DNA from: Candidatus Poribacteria bacterium
GTDB lineage: Bacteria; Poribacteria; WGA-4E; WGA-3G
NCBI GenBank assembly: GCA_963663765.2
Contig: CAXXUA010000003.1
Coordinates: 512,001-576,000, forward strand
DNA length: 64,000 nt
Reading direction: 5' to 3'
Both the position numbers and the translations under genes were made by a program. This document shows positions 1 through 10,811 of this stretch, piece by piece. A model generated the notes under the pieces. That model saw nothing but the letters and a program-made list of their open reading frames with translations. It was not told the origin of the DNA and searched no databases. Within the stretch, counting starts at the first letter, position 1. Each line of letters opens with the position of its first letter.

Positions 1-160
1 CATATCTCTTTTCTTTAAATGTTCTTAGTGCTTCAGTGACTTGTTCTTGAATCTTTTCAGGAAATGTAGATACATCCCAAGAGGAGACTTCCCCAAAGAC
101 TGGGACAGTGGTAATTAATAGCAAAACAAAAAGCACTTTTCGCAGTTGTGTCAAAACCAT
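1..160 (-). CDS. Secreted hypothetical protein, N-terminal part (runs off window start)
   Basis: ATG at 160, 4 nt after the upstream stop. Open frame MVLTQLRKVLFVLLLITTVPVFG-EVSSW... with a signal-peptide pattern. Confidence 0.6.
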   Translation of the reverse strand, partial: MVLTQLRKVLFVLLLITTVPVFGEVSSWDVSTFPEKIQEQVTEALRTFKEKRY

Positions 161-164
161 GAGA

Positions 165-1172
165 TTATTTTTTCAGTTCAATTGTGATCTGTGAGACTCG
201 TTTCAAGGCATCGTCAAGTATATACCATGGTTCCTCCGACTTTTTTTGGGTTAACCATTCCTTAAACGCTGTTTCTGCCTTGTTTTGACGAATCATATTT
301 GCGATTTCGTTTTTTACTTCCGAATACTGTTTTTGACGTTCCGGCGTTTTTTTGATAAGTTCGACTATCAGAAAACCCTCTGGAACAGGAATAGGTCCCT
401 TATGCTCAGAAGGTTTTAGTTGTTCAACAATTGCACCTAACGGAGAATCTATCTCCAGTGTCTGTGAATTAAACTTGATATAATCTTGAGATTTTGAACT
501 TTGTTGAACTTCCTCTATAGTTTCGCCTTGTTGTAAACCCGAATTGATTTGTTCTGCAAGTTGTTTAGCATTTTGTTTTTCATGTTCTGAACTGTCCTCT
601 TTAATGGTTATCAATATGGATTTAAATGTAACCGTAGCAGGTGCGATAAACTGTGGTTTATTTTGCTCAAAGTATTTTGGTGCTAAATCATCAATTTCTT
701 TACTACTAACTTTATTGACAAACTGCCGTCTATAATATTCATCATAAATCAAGCCTTCATATACCCATTTCTGTAAAGTTTCTATTTCTAAGTCCAGTTT
801 TATAAAAGAGTTTCGGAATGCTTCGTCAGAAGGATATGTTGCACGTAAAGCTGCAATCCGTTCTGTGACCTGTTTTCTTAGGTTAACAGCTGTAATTCCT
901 ATATTTTCAGCCGCATGTAATACAAAATTGCGATTGATAATTCGCTCTAAATACTCTCGTTTTTCTTTCTCAGTCGGTTCACTGGAAAGTAGTTTATCTG
1001 TAATAGTTTTGATACGAAATTCGTCTGTCAATTCGCTTTGCGTAATTGCTTTTCCATTGACAACAGCAATCACTGAGTCTATAAGGGTTTGAGCGAATAC
1101 ATTCCCTACAAAAAGGAGAAGTAAAATGACAAAGTGCTGACTAAAGTATGGAAGTTGTTTTTGTATCCTCAT
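165..1172 (-). CDS. SurA/PrsA-like periplasmic chaperone (SurA N-terminal domain plus degenerate parvulin domain)
   Basis: Signal peptide; IDSVIAVVNGKAITQSEL SurA-N motif; C-terminal GPIPVPEGFLIVEL...YSEVKNEI rotamase-like segment. Confidence 0.75.
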   Translation of the reverse strand: MRIQKQLPYFSQHFVILLLLFVGNVFAQTLIDSVIAVVNGKAITQSELTDEFRIKTITDKLLSSEPTEKEKREYLERIINRNFVLHAAENIGITAVNLRKQVTERIAALRATYPSDEAFRNSFIKLDLEIETLQKWVYEGLIYDEYYRRQFVNKVSSKEIDDLAPKYFEQNKPQFIAPATVTFKSILITIKEDSSEHEKQNAKQLAEQINSGLQQGETIEEVQQSSKSQDYIKFNSQTLEIDSPLGAIVEQLKPSEHKGPIPVPEGFLIVELIKKTPERQKQYSEVKNEIANMIRQNKAETAFKEWLTQKKSEEPWYILDDALKRVSQITIELKK

Positions 1173-1369
1173 GATTTGATAATAGCGTATTTTAGCGTTT
1201 AATTCAAGGTGTTTTTTATAGATGTAGGTGTGTACAGTAGGAGGATAAAGTTATTCAAAGACAGACTCGTGGATTATGTAGATTTCGCCAGATTAAGAAA
1301 TCAGATAACACCATACCAATACTTTACACACACATTTTCAGAGGGATTCAATTACCGATATTTTCCCAC

Positions 1370-1610
1370 GGTAGACGTGCTTTGTATGCGCGCCACCGAT
1401 GGTAGGCGGGCTTTGTAAGCGCGCCACCGATGGTAGGCGGACTTTGTAAGCGCGCCACCGATGGTAGGCGGGCTTTGTAAGCGCGCCACCGATGGTAGGC
1501 GGGCTTTGTAAGCGCGCCACCGATGGTAGGCGGGCTTTGTAAGCGCGCCACCGATGGTAGGCGGGCTTTGTAAGCGCGCCACCGATGGTAGGCGGGCTTT
1601 GTAAGCGCGC
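1370..1610. repeat. Tandem array of 8 x 31-bp GTAG REP-like units (GGTAGGCGGGCTTTGTAAGCGCGCCACCGAT)
   Basis: Units start at 1370, 1401, ... 1587; near-identical, no spacers. Confidence 0.9.
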
Positions 1611-1858
1611 ATTCTTCTTTAGGCATTCCCCGCCTACCAGGGTGGGTTAGAAGGAATTACCAAATTTATTTATTAATCTTCATTTAGCTTGTGCAGATAT
1701 GGACACAAACTGAAAGTTTGTGCTACAAGATATAAGCTATTTATCAACATTTTTCTGATTATAGATGGTGTTTCTGGGTGTAAGTTTTTTAAGTAGCAAC
1801 TTGGACTATTATAGAATGTGCACTTAACCGACAATAGAATGCCTCTGGTTATCAGCAT

Positions 1859-2729
1859 GGTTGTGTAAAGTTTTTTCACAAACATCCCACTCTCCATTGT
1901 AGACGGTCGCGACCAGGAGGTCGCTCCTACCACCAAGATGTAGGGAACTCAAACAACGGAAAACAGAAAATCCGTGAAAGGTATCAACTATCCCGGGTGT
2001 GTAAAGTTTTTGCATAAACATCCCACTCTCCATTGTAGACGGTCGCGACCAGGAGGTTGCTCCTACCACTGTAGACGGTCGCGACCGGGAGGTTGCTCCT
2101 ACCATTGTAGACGGTCGCGACCAGGAGGTCGCTCCTACCATTGTAAACGGTCGCGACCAGGAGGTCGCTCCTACCACTGTAGACGGTCGCGACCAGGAGG
2201 TCGCTCCTACCACCAAGATGTAGGGTACTCATACAACGGAAAACAGAAAATCCGTGAAAGGTATCAAATATCCCTTGGGTGTGTAAAGTTTTTGCATAAA
2301 CATCCCACTCTCCATTGTAGACGGTCGCGACCAGGAGGTCGCTCCTACCACTGTAGACGGTCGCGACCATGAGGTCGCTCCTACCACTGTAGACGGTCGC
2401 GACCAAGAGGTCGCTCCTACCACTGTAGACGGTCGCGAGCAGGAGGTCGCTCCTACCACCAAGATGTAGGGTACTCATACAACGGAAAACAGAAAATCCG
2501 TGAAAGGTATCAAATATCCCTTGGGTGTGTAAAGTTTTTGCATAAACATCCCACTCTCCATTGTAGAAGGTCGCGACCAGGAGGTCGCTCCTACCACTGT
2601 AGACGGTCGCGAGCAGGAGGTCGCTCCTACCACTGTAGACGGTCGCGAGCAGGAGGTTGCTCCTACCACCAAGATGTAGGGTACTCATACAACGGAAAAC
2701 AGAAAATCCGTGAAAGGTATCAAATATCC
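1859..2729. repeat. Higher-order tandem array: 4 blocks, each a GGGTGTGTAAAG head + n x 36-bp REP unit + tail (n = 1, 5, 4, 3)
   Basis: Blocks start at 1859, 1995, 2277, 2523; unit TGTAGACGGTCGCGACCAGGAGGTCGCTCCTACCAC. Confidence 0.9.
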
Positions 2730-2736
2730 ATAAGCA

Positions 2737-3096
2737 CAGTGTTATTTAGTTTTAGGAGTTTTCTGTTATTGAGATATACTGAAAGTTAATACCCAAATGA
2801 GGTTTCCTAACTGCACCTTATACATCAATTTTAGATTATTGAAACATGAACATCGCTCTTTAGTCCCGTAGGGACGATATGTTTATAGAAAACGAATACC
2901 CTCCCCAGCTCTTTAGTCCCGTAGGGACGATATGTTTATTCTTCTATGCCGTTCCTATGGAACTCAAGAGAGTTAGATAACATTTTTCTATAAACATATC
3001 GTCCCTACGGGACTAAAAACACGGACAAGATGGCAACACATAAATTTAACGTCATAGCAAAAATTCATCAAAAATACCTAAAACTGAATAACCCTG
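2737..3096. mobile_element. MITE family T1 (TIR CAGGGTTATTCAGTTTT) carrying GTAGGGACG/CGTCCCTAC hairpins
   Basis: Degenerate left TIR, intact right TIR; 9-bp flanks CCATAAGCA / CCATCAGCA. Confidence 0.75.
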
Positions 3097-3114
3097 CCAT
3101 CAGCATCATTTTGA

Positions 3115-3143
3115 TTGACATTTCCACTCTGTTGATGTAATAT
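3115..3143 (+). promoter_or_regulatory. sigma70-type promoter of the aminotransferase gene
   Basis: TTGACA-17 bp-TAATAT, about 65 nt upstream of ATG 3210. Confidence 0.55.
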
Positions 3144-3209
3144 AGGAATTAAAAATCTTTCACATATCTAAATATCGTCATGAACAGCAGCATTAAATAG
3201 AGGACAACA

Positions 3210-4562
3210 ATGCCAACAATTTTGGAACGGTATCAGAAAACCTTCGCAAAAGATAGAGAATTGGCACAAGCAGCAAACCAACTTTTCCCAGACGGTGTAA
3301 CCCACGATAGCCGTTATATGTCCCCGTTTCCGATTTATGTTACACGTGCTGATGGCTCGAGAAAATGGGGATTGGAAGATAAGACTTTCATTGACTATTG
3401 GGCAGGACACGGTGCATTGTTGCTTGGACATAATCCACCTGAGATCGTAGAAGCAGTGACAGCACAGATGCATCGCGGTACACATTACGGTGCATGTCAT
3501 CCGCTTGAATTGGAATGGGGTAATCTCATAAAACAACTTATTCCATCAGCGGTGCGCGTCAGATTTGTTAGTTCTGGTACTGAAGCAACGTTGATGGCGA
3601 TTCGTTTAGCACGTACATACACAGGCAAGAATAAGGTGTTAAAGTTTGCAGGCCATTTTCACGGTTGGCACGATAGCCTTATCTTTGGCGCATATCCACC
3701 TTTTGATATGTCTGTACCTGGTATACCACAAGAGGTACGCGATACAACTATCCTCTGTCCACCGAACGACATTGACTCTGTTGAAAAATATTTGAAAACG
3801 GACAAGGACATAGCTTGCGTAATACTTGAACCAACAGGTGCGTCTTTCGGTATTGTTCCCACAAATGGTATGTTTTTACAGCAACTTCGTGAACTCACAC
3901 AAAGGCACGGTGTTCTCCTCATATACGACGAAGTAATTACTGGATTTAGAGTTGCACCTGGCGGTGCACAAGCACATTATAATGTAACGCCTGATTTGAC
4001 AACACTTGCAAAAATCGTAGCAGGTGGACTTCCGGGAGGGGCGCTTGTTGGGAAAAAAGAAATCCTTGAGTTAATTTCAATGGATGCAGAAGAAGAAGGA
4101 CTGAAAATGCATCACCCGGGCACATTTAATGCAAATCCATTAACTGCATCCGCAGGTATCGCGATGCTTAACATTGTTAAAACAGGTAAACCACACAAAC
4201 AAGCAAATCGAATTGCACAAAAACTACGAATTGAACTGAATAACGTCATTGATTCCTACAGATTAGATTGGGTAATTTACGGTGAATTTTCAGGTATAAG
4301 ACTTCTTATCGGACACGGTGAGAAAGGTATGCGAGCTGTCGATTTTGACCCATACTCTTGGGATTACAGAAAACTCAAAGGTGGTAACGATGAAGTATTG
4401 TTGAGACATCTCCGATGTGGTTTGTTACTCAACGGTGTTGATCTCGCTACTAATGGTGGTATGACAACTGCGGCACACACAGAAGCGGATATATCAGAGA
4501 CTGTGCATGCGTTTGAGCAGACGATAGAATGGATGAAAGCAGATGGGTTAATTCTGAAATAA
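3210..4562 (+). CDS. Class III PLP aminotransferase (glutamate-1-semialdehyde aminomutase-like)
   Basis: Motifs SGTEAT, FAGHFHG, LLIYDEVITGFR, PDLTTLAKIVAGGLP, GTFNANP. Confidence 0.9.
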   Translation: MPTILERYQKTFAKDRELAQAANQLFPDGVTHDSRYMSPFPIYVTRADGSRKWGLEDKTFIDYWAGHGALLLGHNPPEIVEAVTAQMHRGTHYGACHPLELEWGNLIKQLIPSAVRVRFVSSGTEATLMAIRLARTYTGKNKVLKFAGHFHGWHDSLIFGAYPPFDMSVPGIPQEVRDTTILCPPNDIDSVEKYLKTDKDIACVILEPTGASFGIVPTNGMFLQQLRELTQRHGVLLIYDEVITGFRVAPGGAQAHYNVTPDLTTLAKIVAGGLPGGALVGKKEILELISMDAEEEGLKMHHPGTFNANPLTASAGIAMLNIVKTGKPHKQANRIAQKLRIELNNVIDSYRLDWVIYGEFSGIRLLIGHGEKGMRAVDFDPYSWDYRKLKGGNDEVLLRHLRCGLLLNGVDLATNGGMTTAAHTEADISETVHAFEQTIEWMKADGLILK

Positions 4563-4583
4563 AAATAGGTTGACTAATAGTGT

Positions 4584-5825
4584 ATGGATTACTACATCAG
4601 TCCATTCGGAAACGATTCAGACTCGGGTGTAGACCAAAAGCATCCGTGGTGTAGTATTGACAAACTGAATGCTACACTATTATCAGCAGGTGACTCAGTA
4701 TGGTTTCAAGCCAATCAGACTTACATAGGAAACCTGACTCTAACTGAAACAGAGAACTACACTTCGGACGAACAGATTACATTCGGGTCGTATGGTGATG
4801 GTAAGGCAACAATTGTAGCAAATACTGGACCAGGTTTTTTTGTTAAAAACAGAAGTGGTATCCGGATAGTTGACCTTAGCTTCTTAGGTGCAGGAACAGA
4901 GCAGAACAACAGTTCTGGTATCTGGTTTCTAAATACATTACCAGAAAATAAAAAACTATCTCATATTGATATAGATAACGTTGAGGTTAGCGGGTTTAGA
5001 CATGCAGGGATTTGTATTGCCGCGCAACCAATTGATCATGGTTGGTGTGGGTTCAGTGATGTGAAAATCACGAACACCAAGTCGTATGACAATGGTGATG
5101 CAGGAATAAGCTGTTTCGGATCATGGAATCCAAAAGTAATAGGATATTCACATGCAAACATCCATGTCAGTAATTGTCGCGTATACAATAACTACGGTAT
5201 TGTGGGTAAAGGAAGTCATTCTGGGAACGGTATAGTTCTTTCACAAGTTGACGGTGCAACGATTGAATATTGCGAAGCTTATGAAAACGGAAAGTTAAAT
5301 AATTACGAGGGTGGTGGTCCCGTGGGTATATGGACGTGGGACTCAAACCGTGTCCTTATTCAATTCAATGAATCGCATCACAACCGTACAGGTAGTAGCA
5401 AAGATGGTGGAGGATTTGATCTGGATGGAGGTGCGCGGAATTCTATTGTGCAGTATAACCACTCACACGACAATGAAGGTGCGGGTTACCTGTTAGCACA
5501 ATTTGAAGATGCAAAAGAGTTTCATAATAATGTATTACGTTATAATCTCAGTGAAAATGATGGACGAAAGAACAGTTACGGTGGTGTTCATCTCTGGTCT
5601 ACGGGTGCAAACGGTGGTATCAGGAACACAACTATCTATTGTAACACAATCTTAACATCTAAGTCTACCACTGGAGATCCTGCTGCAGTTGACTGTATAA
5701 GCAATGGAATCCACAATATACGTTTTTACAATAATACCTTTCGAACTGACGGTATTGAAGTTGTGATCCGTGGAGAAGATAATCCAGAAGTAACCTTTGT
5801 AAGCAACATTCACTTAACTGAGTAA
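4584..5825 (+). CDS. Right-handed parallel beta-helix protein (putative polysaccharide-active enzyme)
   Basis: YYISPFGNDSDSG...PW start; repeated Asn/Gly ladders; DGGGFDLD motif. Confidence 0.8.
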   Translation: MDYYISPFGNDSDSGVDQKHPWCSIDKLNATLLSAGDSVWFQANQTYIGNLTLTETENYTSDEQITFGSYGDGKATIVANTGPGFFVKNRSGIRIVDLSFLGAGTEQNNSSGIWFLNTLPENKKLSHIDIDNVEVSGFRHAGICIAAQPIDHGWCGFSDVKITNTKSYDNGDAGISCFGSWNPKVIGYSHANIHVSNCRVYNNYGIVGKGSHSGNGIVLSQVDGATIEYCEAYENGKLNNYEGGGPVGIWTWDSNRVLIQFNESHHNRTGSSKDGGGFDLDGGARNSIVQYNHSHDNEGAGYLLAQFEDAKEFHNNVLRYNLSENDGRKNSYGGVHLWSTGANGGIRNTTIYCNTILTSKSTTGDPAAVDCISNGIHNIRFYNNTFRTDGIEVVIRGEDNPEVTFVSNIHLTE

Positions 5826-5879
5826 TTTGAACATTTTTTTCACTTTGAAAAAGAAGGATTCTTGATAGAAGGAGCAAAA

Positions 5880-7484
5880 ATGAGGCGTTTTGGAACTCAA
5901 GGACGCGTGTATCCAGACCGACACTATGTTGTCCCACGCACCGAAGAAATTGCTGATTTCAACATCCGTGTAAAAGAGGGACGGTATATCGTTCTCTTTG
6001 CACCACGCCAGACAGGAAAAACAACCTTTTTCCGAATGGCAATTGATAGCCTTATCACAGAAGATCCGACCTATTTCCCTATTCAGTTAGATTTCCAAGC
6101 GATGGTCAATGGTTCATCTCCTGTTTTTTATGACAGACTCTCTCAAATAATTCTCAGGAATATTGAGTTTGTCTTGCAAAAATTTGAAATGAATCCAAGC
6201 GAAGACTTGATACAATTCTTGGAAAATACACACTTAAGCGATCATTTCTCAATGTTAGCATTCTTTGAAAAGTTAGAAATACTACTTGACAGTAGGAAGG
6301 TCGTGTTACTTATTGATGAATTTGATGGCATTCCCCAAGATGTTGTGAGTGGTTTTTTGTATACCCTCCGCCAAATTTATCTTTCCGATGAACTTCAATG
6401 TCCACACAGTGTTGGGATTGTCGGTGTTAAAAGTATCAGTCAACTCAACTATGACCGATCTGTTTCACCGTTCAATATTCAAGACGAGTTCCAATTACCA
6501 AACTTTACTTTACAACAAGTGCAAGACCTATTACAGCAATATACAGAGGAGGTCGGTCAAGAATTCGCACCAGATGTCATCCAGACTCTCCACACACAAA
6601 CAGGCGGTCAACCATTCTTGGTTAATCGCATTGCACAAATTCTCACTGAAGAGTTTAACATATCTAAGACTGAGACAGTCAAAATGTCACATTTTGCTGT
6701 AGCACACGCATTATTACTTGATGAACGCAATACTAATATTGAACATCTACTTACTAATATCCGTAGAAATCGGCGATTTGAAACAATCCTCATGCAAATT
6801 GCATCTTATGAAAAGGGTTTACCTTTCAATCTTAATGATGATATTATCAACGAGTTAGCGATGTATGGTGTCATTGCCAGAAGTTCTGATGGCATGTGCG
6901 AAATAGTAAATCCGATATATCAGCATCACATTCTACGTGCATTCAAACCTTTGTTAAATGGATTGGAATCGCAATATCTCCCTGAAGATACCGGTGAAGA
7001 CTTTATTGATTATCTTACATCTATCGGATTAATTGATATGGTGACTTTACTTGATAATTTCCGTGATTTTATTAGTCGTGTAGGATTCCGTATCTTACAA
7101 GTTCCTGATACGCCACAGGAATTTGTTGGACAACATCTGCTTTATGCTTACCTTGATCAGTTCATTCGTAGCATTGGAGGTAGTATGTACCTTGAGGTGC
7201 AAACAGGACGCGGTAGAATGGATCTTCTCCTCATTCACAATCAGCGAAAATACATCGTTGAAACTAAAATTTGGGAAGGAAACAGCCGTTTTGCAAATGG
7301 TAAAAAACAACTTGCTGCTTATGCGAAATTGGAAGGTACAAAACAAGCTTATTATGTAGTATTTGATCATCGCCAGAAGTCAGAACCGTTGATAGAAACT
7401 GATAATTTAGACGGTGTGACGATAAGAAGTTATGTCATTCCTGTTATGCAAACACGACCTACATCAGAACAGATTGAGAACTAA
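5880..7484 (+). CDS. AAA-like P-loop ATPase with C-terminal PD-(D/E)XK-like domain
   Basis: APRQTGKTT Walker A, LLIDEFD Walker B, GRMDLLL...IVETK; RBS AAGGAG before ATG 5880. Confidence 0.8.
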   Translation: MRRFGTQGRVYPDRHYVVPRTEEIADFNIRVKEGRYIVLFAPRQTGKTTFFRMAIDSLITEDPTYFPIQLDFQAMVNGSSPVFYDRLSQIILRNIEFVLQKFEMNPSEDLIQFLENTHLSDHFSMLAFFEKLEILLDSRKVVLLIDEFDGIPQDVVSGFLYTLRQIYLSDELQCPHSVGIVGVKSISQLNYDRSVSPFNIQDEFQLPNFTLQQVQDLLQQYTEEVGQEFAPDVIQTLHTQTGGQPFLVNRIAQILTEEFNISKTETVKMSHFAVAHALLLDERNTNIEHLLTNIRRNRRFETILMQIASYEKGLPFNLNDDIINELAMYGVIARSSDGMCEIVNPIYQHHILRAFKPLLNGLESQYLPEDTGEDFIDYLTSIGLIDMVTLLDNFRDFISRVGFRILQVPDTPQEFVGQHLLYAYLDQFIRSIGGSMYLEVQTGRGRMDLLLIHNQRKYIVETKIWEGNSRFANGKKQLAAYAKLEGTKQAYYVVFDHRQKSEPLIETDNLDGVTIRSYVIPVMQTRPTSEQIEN

Positions 7485-7544
7485 GATAGAATGTACCTAC
7501 AATCTTGAAACTATGATAACGAATTCTGAAAGGATCAGATTTAA

Positions 7545-8528
7545 ATGAAAACAATTACATATCGTGATGCGCTCAAAGAGGCACTGATAGAGGAGATGGA
7601 GCGTGACGAGACCGTATTTCTTATGGGAGAAGATATAGCAGAATACGGCGGTGCGTACAAGGTCACGGATGGACTTTATAAGCAGTTTGGAAAAGAACGT
7701 ATCCGCAACACCCCGATTTCTGAAGCGGCCATCATCGGCACAGCACTCGGTGCTGCAGTCACAGGAATGCGTCCAGTTGCAGAACTGATGTATATTGATT
7801 TTACGGCAGTCGGTATGGACCAAATTGTTAACCAAGTCGCAAAAATACGATATATGGTAGGTGGACAGTTAGATGTACCACTTGTCATACGTACACAAGG
7901 TGGTGCAGGACGTTCATCCGCTGCACAGCACGCACAAAGCCTTGAAGCTTGGTTTGTGCATATTCCAGGACTACTCGTTGTGATGCCAGCTACTCCTTAT
8001 GATGCCAAAGGATTGCTAAAAACAGCTATCCGAAACGACAACCCAATAATGTTTATTGAACATAAATTGCTTTATACCGAAGAAGGTGAGATTCCTGATG
8101 AGGAGTACACGATCCCATTGGGTGAAGCAGATATTAAACGTGAAGGTCAAGACATAACAATTTTAGCCACATCCCGCATGGTTTTGAAAGCAATTGCTGC
8201 TGCAGATGAACTCGCTGAAGAAGGTATTTCAGCAGAGATCATTGATCCAAGAACTTTGATGCCACTTGACAAAGAGACCATTATTGACTCTGTCAAGAAA
8301 ACAAATCGCTTGTTAGTCGCACATGAAGCTGTGGGTAGAGCAGGATTCGGTGCTGAGATTGCAGCGCTTGTAGTACGCGAAGCATTTGATTATCTTGATG
8401 CACCCATTGAACGTGTTACCGCTGCACCTGTCCCTGTTCCTTTTGCACCTGTGATGGAAAACTTTGTAATACCAGATACTCCACAAATTGTTGAAGCCGC
8501 CAGAAAGTTAGTCAGATACGAAATATAA
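7545..8528 (+). CDS. 2-oxoacid/acetoin dehydrogenase E1 beta subunit
   Basis: Motifs GEDIAEYGG, RNTPISEAA, AQHAQSLEAW, PYDAKGLL, EHKLLY. Confidence 0.92.
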   Translation: MKTITYRDALKEALIEEMERDETVFLMGEDIAEYGGAYKVTDGLYKQFGKERIRNTPISEAAIIGTALGAAVTGMRPVAELMYIDFTAVGMDQIVNQVAKIRYMVGGQLDVPLVIRTQGGAGRSSAAQHAQSLEAWFVHIPGLLVVMPATPYDAKGLLKTAIRNDNPIMFIEHKLLYTEEGEIPDEEYTIPLGEADIKREGQDITILATSRMVLKAIAAADELAEEGISAEIIDPRTLMPLDKETIIDSVKKTNRLLVAHEAVGRAGFGAEIAALVVREAFDYLDAPIERVTAAPVPVPFAPVMENFVIPDTPQIVEAARKLVRYEI

Positions 8529-8561
8529 TAAACGCAATGAAAACAAAAAGGAGAAAATGAT

Positions 8562-9509
8562 ATGGAACTTAACCCATACATCCACCTTGTTACACCTAAA
8601 CGAATTTTACTGATTTTACTTGGTATCGCAGTCTTAGTAAGCTTAGCAACAAGTTTTTATACTGTTGAAGCTGACGAAATCGCTGTTGTCCTCATGTTCG
8701 GTAAAATTGTACGACAAACCGAACCCGGACTGCATTTCAAGTTACCTTATGGAATAGAAAACGCTATTAGTGTACCAGTCCAAAAAGTATTCAAAGAAGA
8801 ATTTGGATTTAGAACACTCAAAGCTGCAGTACGCACACAATATGATACACGAGATTATTCAGAAGAATCCTTGCTATTGTCAGGTGATCTCAGCATCGCT
8901 GACGTTGAATGGGTCATACAATACAAAATAAAGGAACCCCAAAAGTATCTGTTTTCCGTAAGAAACCCAGAACGTACTTTGCGTGACATATCAGAATCTG
9001 TCATGAGTTGGGTCATCGGTGACCACACTGTTACAGAAGTATTGACCATTGGACGTATAGAAATTGCAGGAAAGGTTGAACAACATCTACAGACACTACT
9101 GGATTTATATGAAACAGGTTTGGATGTAACTACAGTGACCTTACAGGATGTGAATCCACCTGAAAAGGTGAAATCTGCATTTAACGCAGTTAACGAAGCA
9201 AAGCAGGAAAAAGAACGTCTTATTAACGAAGCCTGGAGAGATTACAACCAATCTGTCCCAAAATCCAAAGGTTTAGCACAACAACAAATTTCAGAAGCCG
9301 AAGGTTATGCACTGAAGCGAGTGAACCAAGCTCAAGGTGATGCTGATAAATTCAATGCGATCCGCTCAGAATACCAAAAGGCAAAAGAAGTAACACGACA
9401 ACGACTCTATCTGGAAGCAATGCAGGAAGTCTTACCAAAGCTTAAGGAAATCTATATCATCGATGAAAAAGCCAATACACCAATACCAATCTTGCAGCTT
9501 AAAGAATAA
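8562..9509 (+). CDS. hflK: FtsH modulator HflK
   Basis: TM segment + SPFH domain (PGLHFKLP, LQDVNPP, VTRQRLYLE); directly followed by hflC. Confidence 0.9.
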   Translation: MELNPYIHLVTPKRILLILLGIAVLVSLATSFYTVEADEIAVVLMFGKIVRQTEPGLHFKLPYGIENAISVPVQKVFKEEFGFRTLKAAVRTQYDTRDYSEESLLLSGDLSIADVEWVIQYKIKEPQKYLFSVRNPERTLRDISESVMSWVIGDHTVTEVLTIGRIEIAGKVEQHLQTLLDLYETGLDVTTVTLQDVNPPEKVKSAFNAVNEAKQEKERLINEAWRDYNQSVPKSKGLAQQQISEAEGYALKRVNQAQGDADKFNAIRSEYQKAKEVTRQRLYLEAMQEVLPKLKEIYIIDEKANTPIPILQLKE

Positions 9510-9538
9510 ATAACAACAACTACAAAAGGAGTTACATT

Positions 9539-10492
9539 ATGAAATTCAAGATACTGATACCATTGATTATCGTAGCTATTATAGTGATTATATTTGCTTC
9601 AGGTGCATTCTATATTGTAATAGAAGGTGAACAAGTTGTCATTACTGAATTTGGACGTCCCGTAGGCGAACCCATTGTAGATGCAGGTTTAAAGATTAAG
9701 ACTCCATTTATTCAACAAGTACATCGCTTTGAGAAACGTATCATGGAGTGGGATGGTTCCCCAAATCAGATACCAACCAAAGATAAGAGATTCATCTGGC
9801 TTGATACGACTGCACGATGGCGGATAAAAGATACTCTCGTTTTCTATCAAGCAATCGGAACAGAAGTACTAGCACAATCACGACTTGATGATATTATTGA
9901 TTCCGCTGCGCGGGATTTAATTACTGCACATAAGTTAATTGAAGTTGTGCGAAATTCAAACAGAGTGTTAGAACTTGATGCAGAAATGCTTGGTGAAGAG
10001 GAAGGTCAAACCAAAGAACAGTTAGAAGAAATACAGATTGGTAGAGAAGAAATTACACAGAAGATCCTTGAAAAAGCACGAGTAGCCGTACCGCGATTCG
10101 GCATTGAACTTGTTGATGTACGCATTAAACGAATCAACTATGTAGACGAAGTACGACAGAAAGTTTTTGACCAAATGATTTCCGAACGTCAACGAATCTC
10201 TGAGAAATACAAGTCGGAAGGAGAGGGTGAAGCCGCAAACATCAGCGGACAAAAACAGAAAGAACTGGAACGTATACAATCTGAAGCATATAAGAAAGCG
10301 GAACAGATTAAAGGGGATGCTGATGCACAAGCCATCCAGATATATGCAGACGCACACGGAAAGGACCCTGAATTTTTCGCTTTCATTCAAACTTTAGAAA
10401 CTTATCGCAAATCAACAAACGAAAGTACGAAACTGATTTTGACAACGGACAGTGAAATCTATAAGTATCTTAAAAATAGTCAAGAAAAATAG
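9539..10492 (+). CDS. hflC: FtsH modulator HflC
   Basis: Motifs GLKIKTPFIQ, DVRIKRIN, MISERQR, DPEFFAF. Confidence 0.92.
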   Translation: MKFKILIPLIIVAIIVIIFASGAFYIVIEGEQVVITEFGRPVGEPIVDAGLKIKTPFIQQVHRFEKRIMEWDGSPNQIPTKDKRFIWLDTTARWRIKDTLVFYQAIGTEVLAQSRLDDIIDSAARDLITAHKLIEVVRNSNRVLELDAEMLGEEEGQTKEQLEEIQIGREEITQKILEKARVAVPRFGIELVDVRIKRINYVDEVRQKVFDQMISERQRISEKYKSEGEGEAANISGQKQKELERIQSEAYKKAEQIKGDADAQAIQIYADAHGKDPEFFAFIQTLETYRKSTNESTKLILTTDSEIYKYLKNSQEK

Positions 10493-10517
10493 CGTTAATT
10501 GCCGTTGGATAGGATTT

Positions 10518-10654
10518 TATAGTGGATTTTAGAATTATTCTTACACTTTCAGGTGTAGGAGGGAACTCCGATTCCCGACTATCAAGGCGTTCAGTTGTGA
10601 TTCGGAGATCGCTTCTACAGAAAACGTGTAAACTTAATTGTATATTTCACTATA
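10518..10654. mobile_element. MITE family T6 (TATAGTG...CACTATA; TA target, IS630-like) with inverted GTAG REP doublet
   Basis: Terminal inverted repeats; second copy in opposite orientation at 28537-28706. Confidence 0.7.
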
Positions 10655-10811
10655 ATTGAGGGTGTTCGTTAATAACGTAGATTAAAATCAGAACTTAACT
10701 TGTGATTATTTTGGCTTAAGATTTAGTCATTTTTGTGGTATAGTAATATGTGAGTGGAAATACTAAGATTCACCGTTTGGTTGCCACCTTAAAAAGTGAA
10801 TATCTGAATAA

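Noticed and set aside
1859-2729. 36-bp palindromic repeats as a CRISPR array
   Set aside because: Units are contiguous with no unique spacers, no cas genes are present, and the same unit is dispersed as a REP elsewhere.
1209-2789. ORFs with repeated peptides (VVGATSWSRPST, AYKARLPS)
   Set aside because: Translations of non-coding tandem repeats that are open in several frames.
3210-4562. Calling the aminotransferase hemL
   Set aside because: It lacks the PGGVNSPVR motif (has PDGVTHDSR) and has no heme-gene context.
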